Source: Tubiluchus corallicola
Taxonomy: Eukaryota > Animalia > Priapulida
Reading direction: 5' to 3'
DNA: 64,000 nucleotides
NCBI GenBank assembly: GCA_030141605.1
Contig: JAQGDQ010000816.1
Span: 1 to 64,000, forward strand
Of this stretch, positions 63,456-64,000 are shown piece by piece; positions within the stretch are counted from its first letter, which is position 1; every line of letters begins with the position of its first letter. The notes beneath the pieces are model-generated. The model saw nothing but the letters and a program-made list of their open reading frames with translations, was not told where the DNA came from and searched no databases. Position numbers and translations under genes: made by a program.

Positions 63456-63780
63456 CCATTTCTTTGTAGATATTGACGTTAGTATGGTTGATTCTATACT
63501 ACTGTGATACATTTTTAAACGAATACATTTTGAGATAATCTACTACAATTTTTTTAAGCTTTAGAAATGCTAATAATATAAAGCAATTTGCAAGCCAAAC
63601 CATTGACTGCAGGCAATTATTTATATATAATTTTTTTATGTGCATCATGTGGTAAGTGCTAGAACAATACTTAGCAAAACCCTAGGCGTATTAAATGGCT
63701 AGCAGGTAAAAGGGTAGGATAATGAAGTTTTTATTGCATTAAAATTTTTTACATGATTGTAAATAAGAAAACTTACAGAC

Positions 63781-63786
63781 AATAAA
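63781..63786 (+). terminator. Candidate poly(A) signal of the Kelch-like gene
   Basis: AATAAA about 325 nt after the stop codon. Confidence 0.4.
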
Positions 63787-63799
63787 TTTATTTCCTTTT

Positions 63800-64000
63800 A
63801 AAGGAACGAATAAGTCACTCAGCATGTTTTGTTTATTTTACTGTTATCACTTAAACTGTTTGTGGTGTGCTAAAGGAAAGGACAAGTCACTCGGTATGTT
63901 GGGTTTATTTTACTGTTATCACTTAAACTGTTTGTGGTGTGCTAAAGGAAAGGACAAGTCACTCAGTATGTTGGGTTTATTTTACTGTTATCACTTAAAC
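63800..64000. repeat. 72-bp tandem repeat running off the window end
   Basis: TAAAGGAAAGGACAAGTCACTC at 63871 and 63943. Confidence 0.9.

Overview
AT-rich, intron-rich animal genomic DNA, probably a lophotrochozoan invertebrate (taxon is inference only). It holds two spliced protein-coding genes on the + strand. (1) The 3' ~750 codons of a V-type ATPase V0 subunit a gene (ATP6V0A1/Vha100-1-like): 17 exons from 97 to the stop at 37318; the N-terminal exons lie upstream of the window. (2) A complete ~645-aa BTB-BACK-Kelch gene: 9 coding exons, 40262-63455. All exon boundaries were read by hand, are GT-AG and are phase-consistent. The introns are crowded with pogo/Tigger-, hAT-, piggyBac- and Harbinger-like MITEs, a tRNA-derived SINE, RTE/Rex1/L2-CR1 fragments, a 3-kb 5'-truncated CR1/L2-group LINE with a 14-bp TSD, and many mini/microsatellites. 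Most long ORFs in the track are repeat artefacts. Best leads: a tandem 21-nt alternative acceptor paralleling the human a1 isoform; two LC8-type QT motifs ahead of the BTB domain; a candidate 24-nt microexon; a 2.3-kb G-rich minisatellite grown from an RTE C-terminal motif; a bipartite non-autonomous RTE element; and a templated inter-intron insertion. I found no convincing wholly new system.
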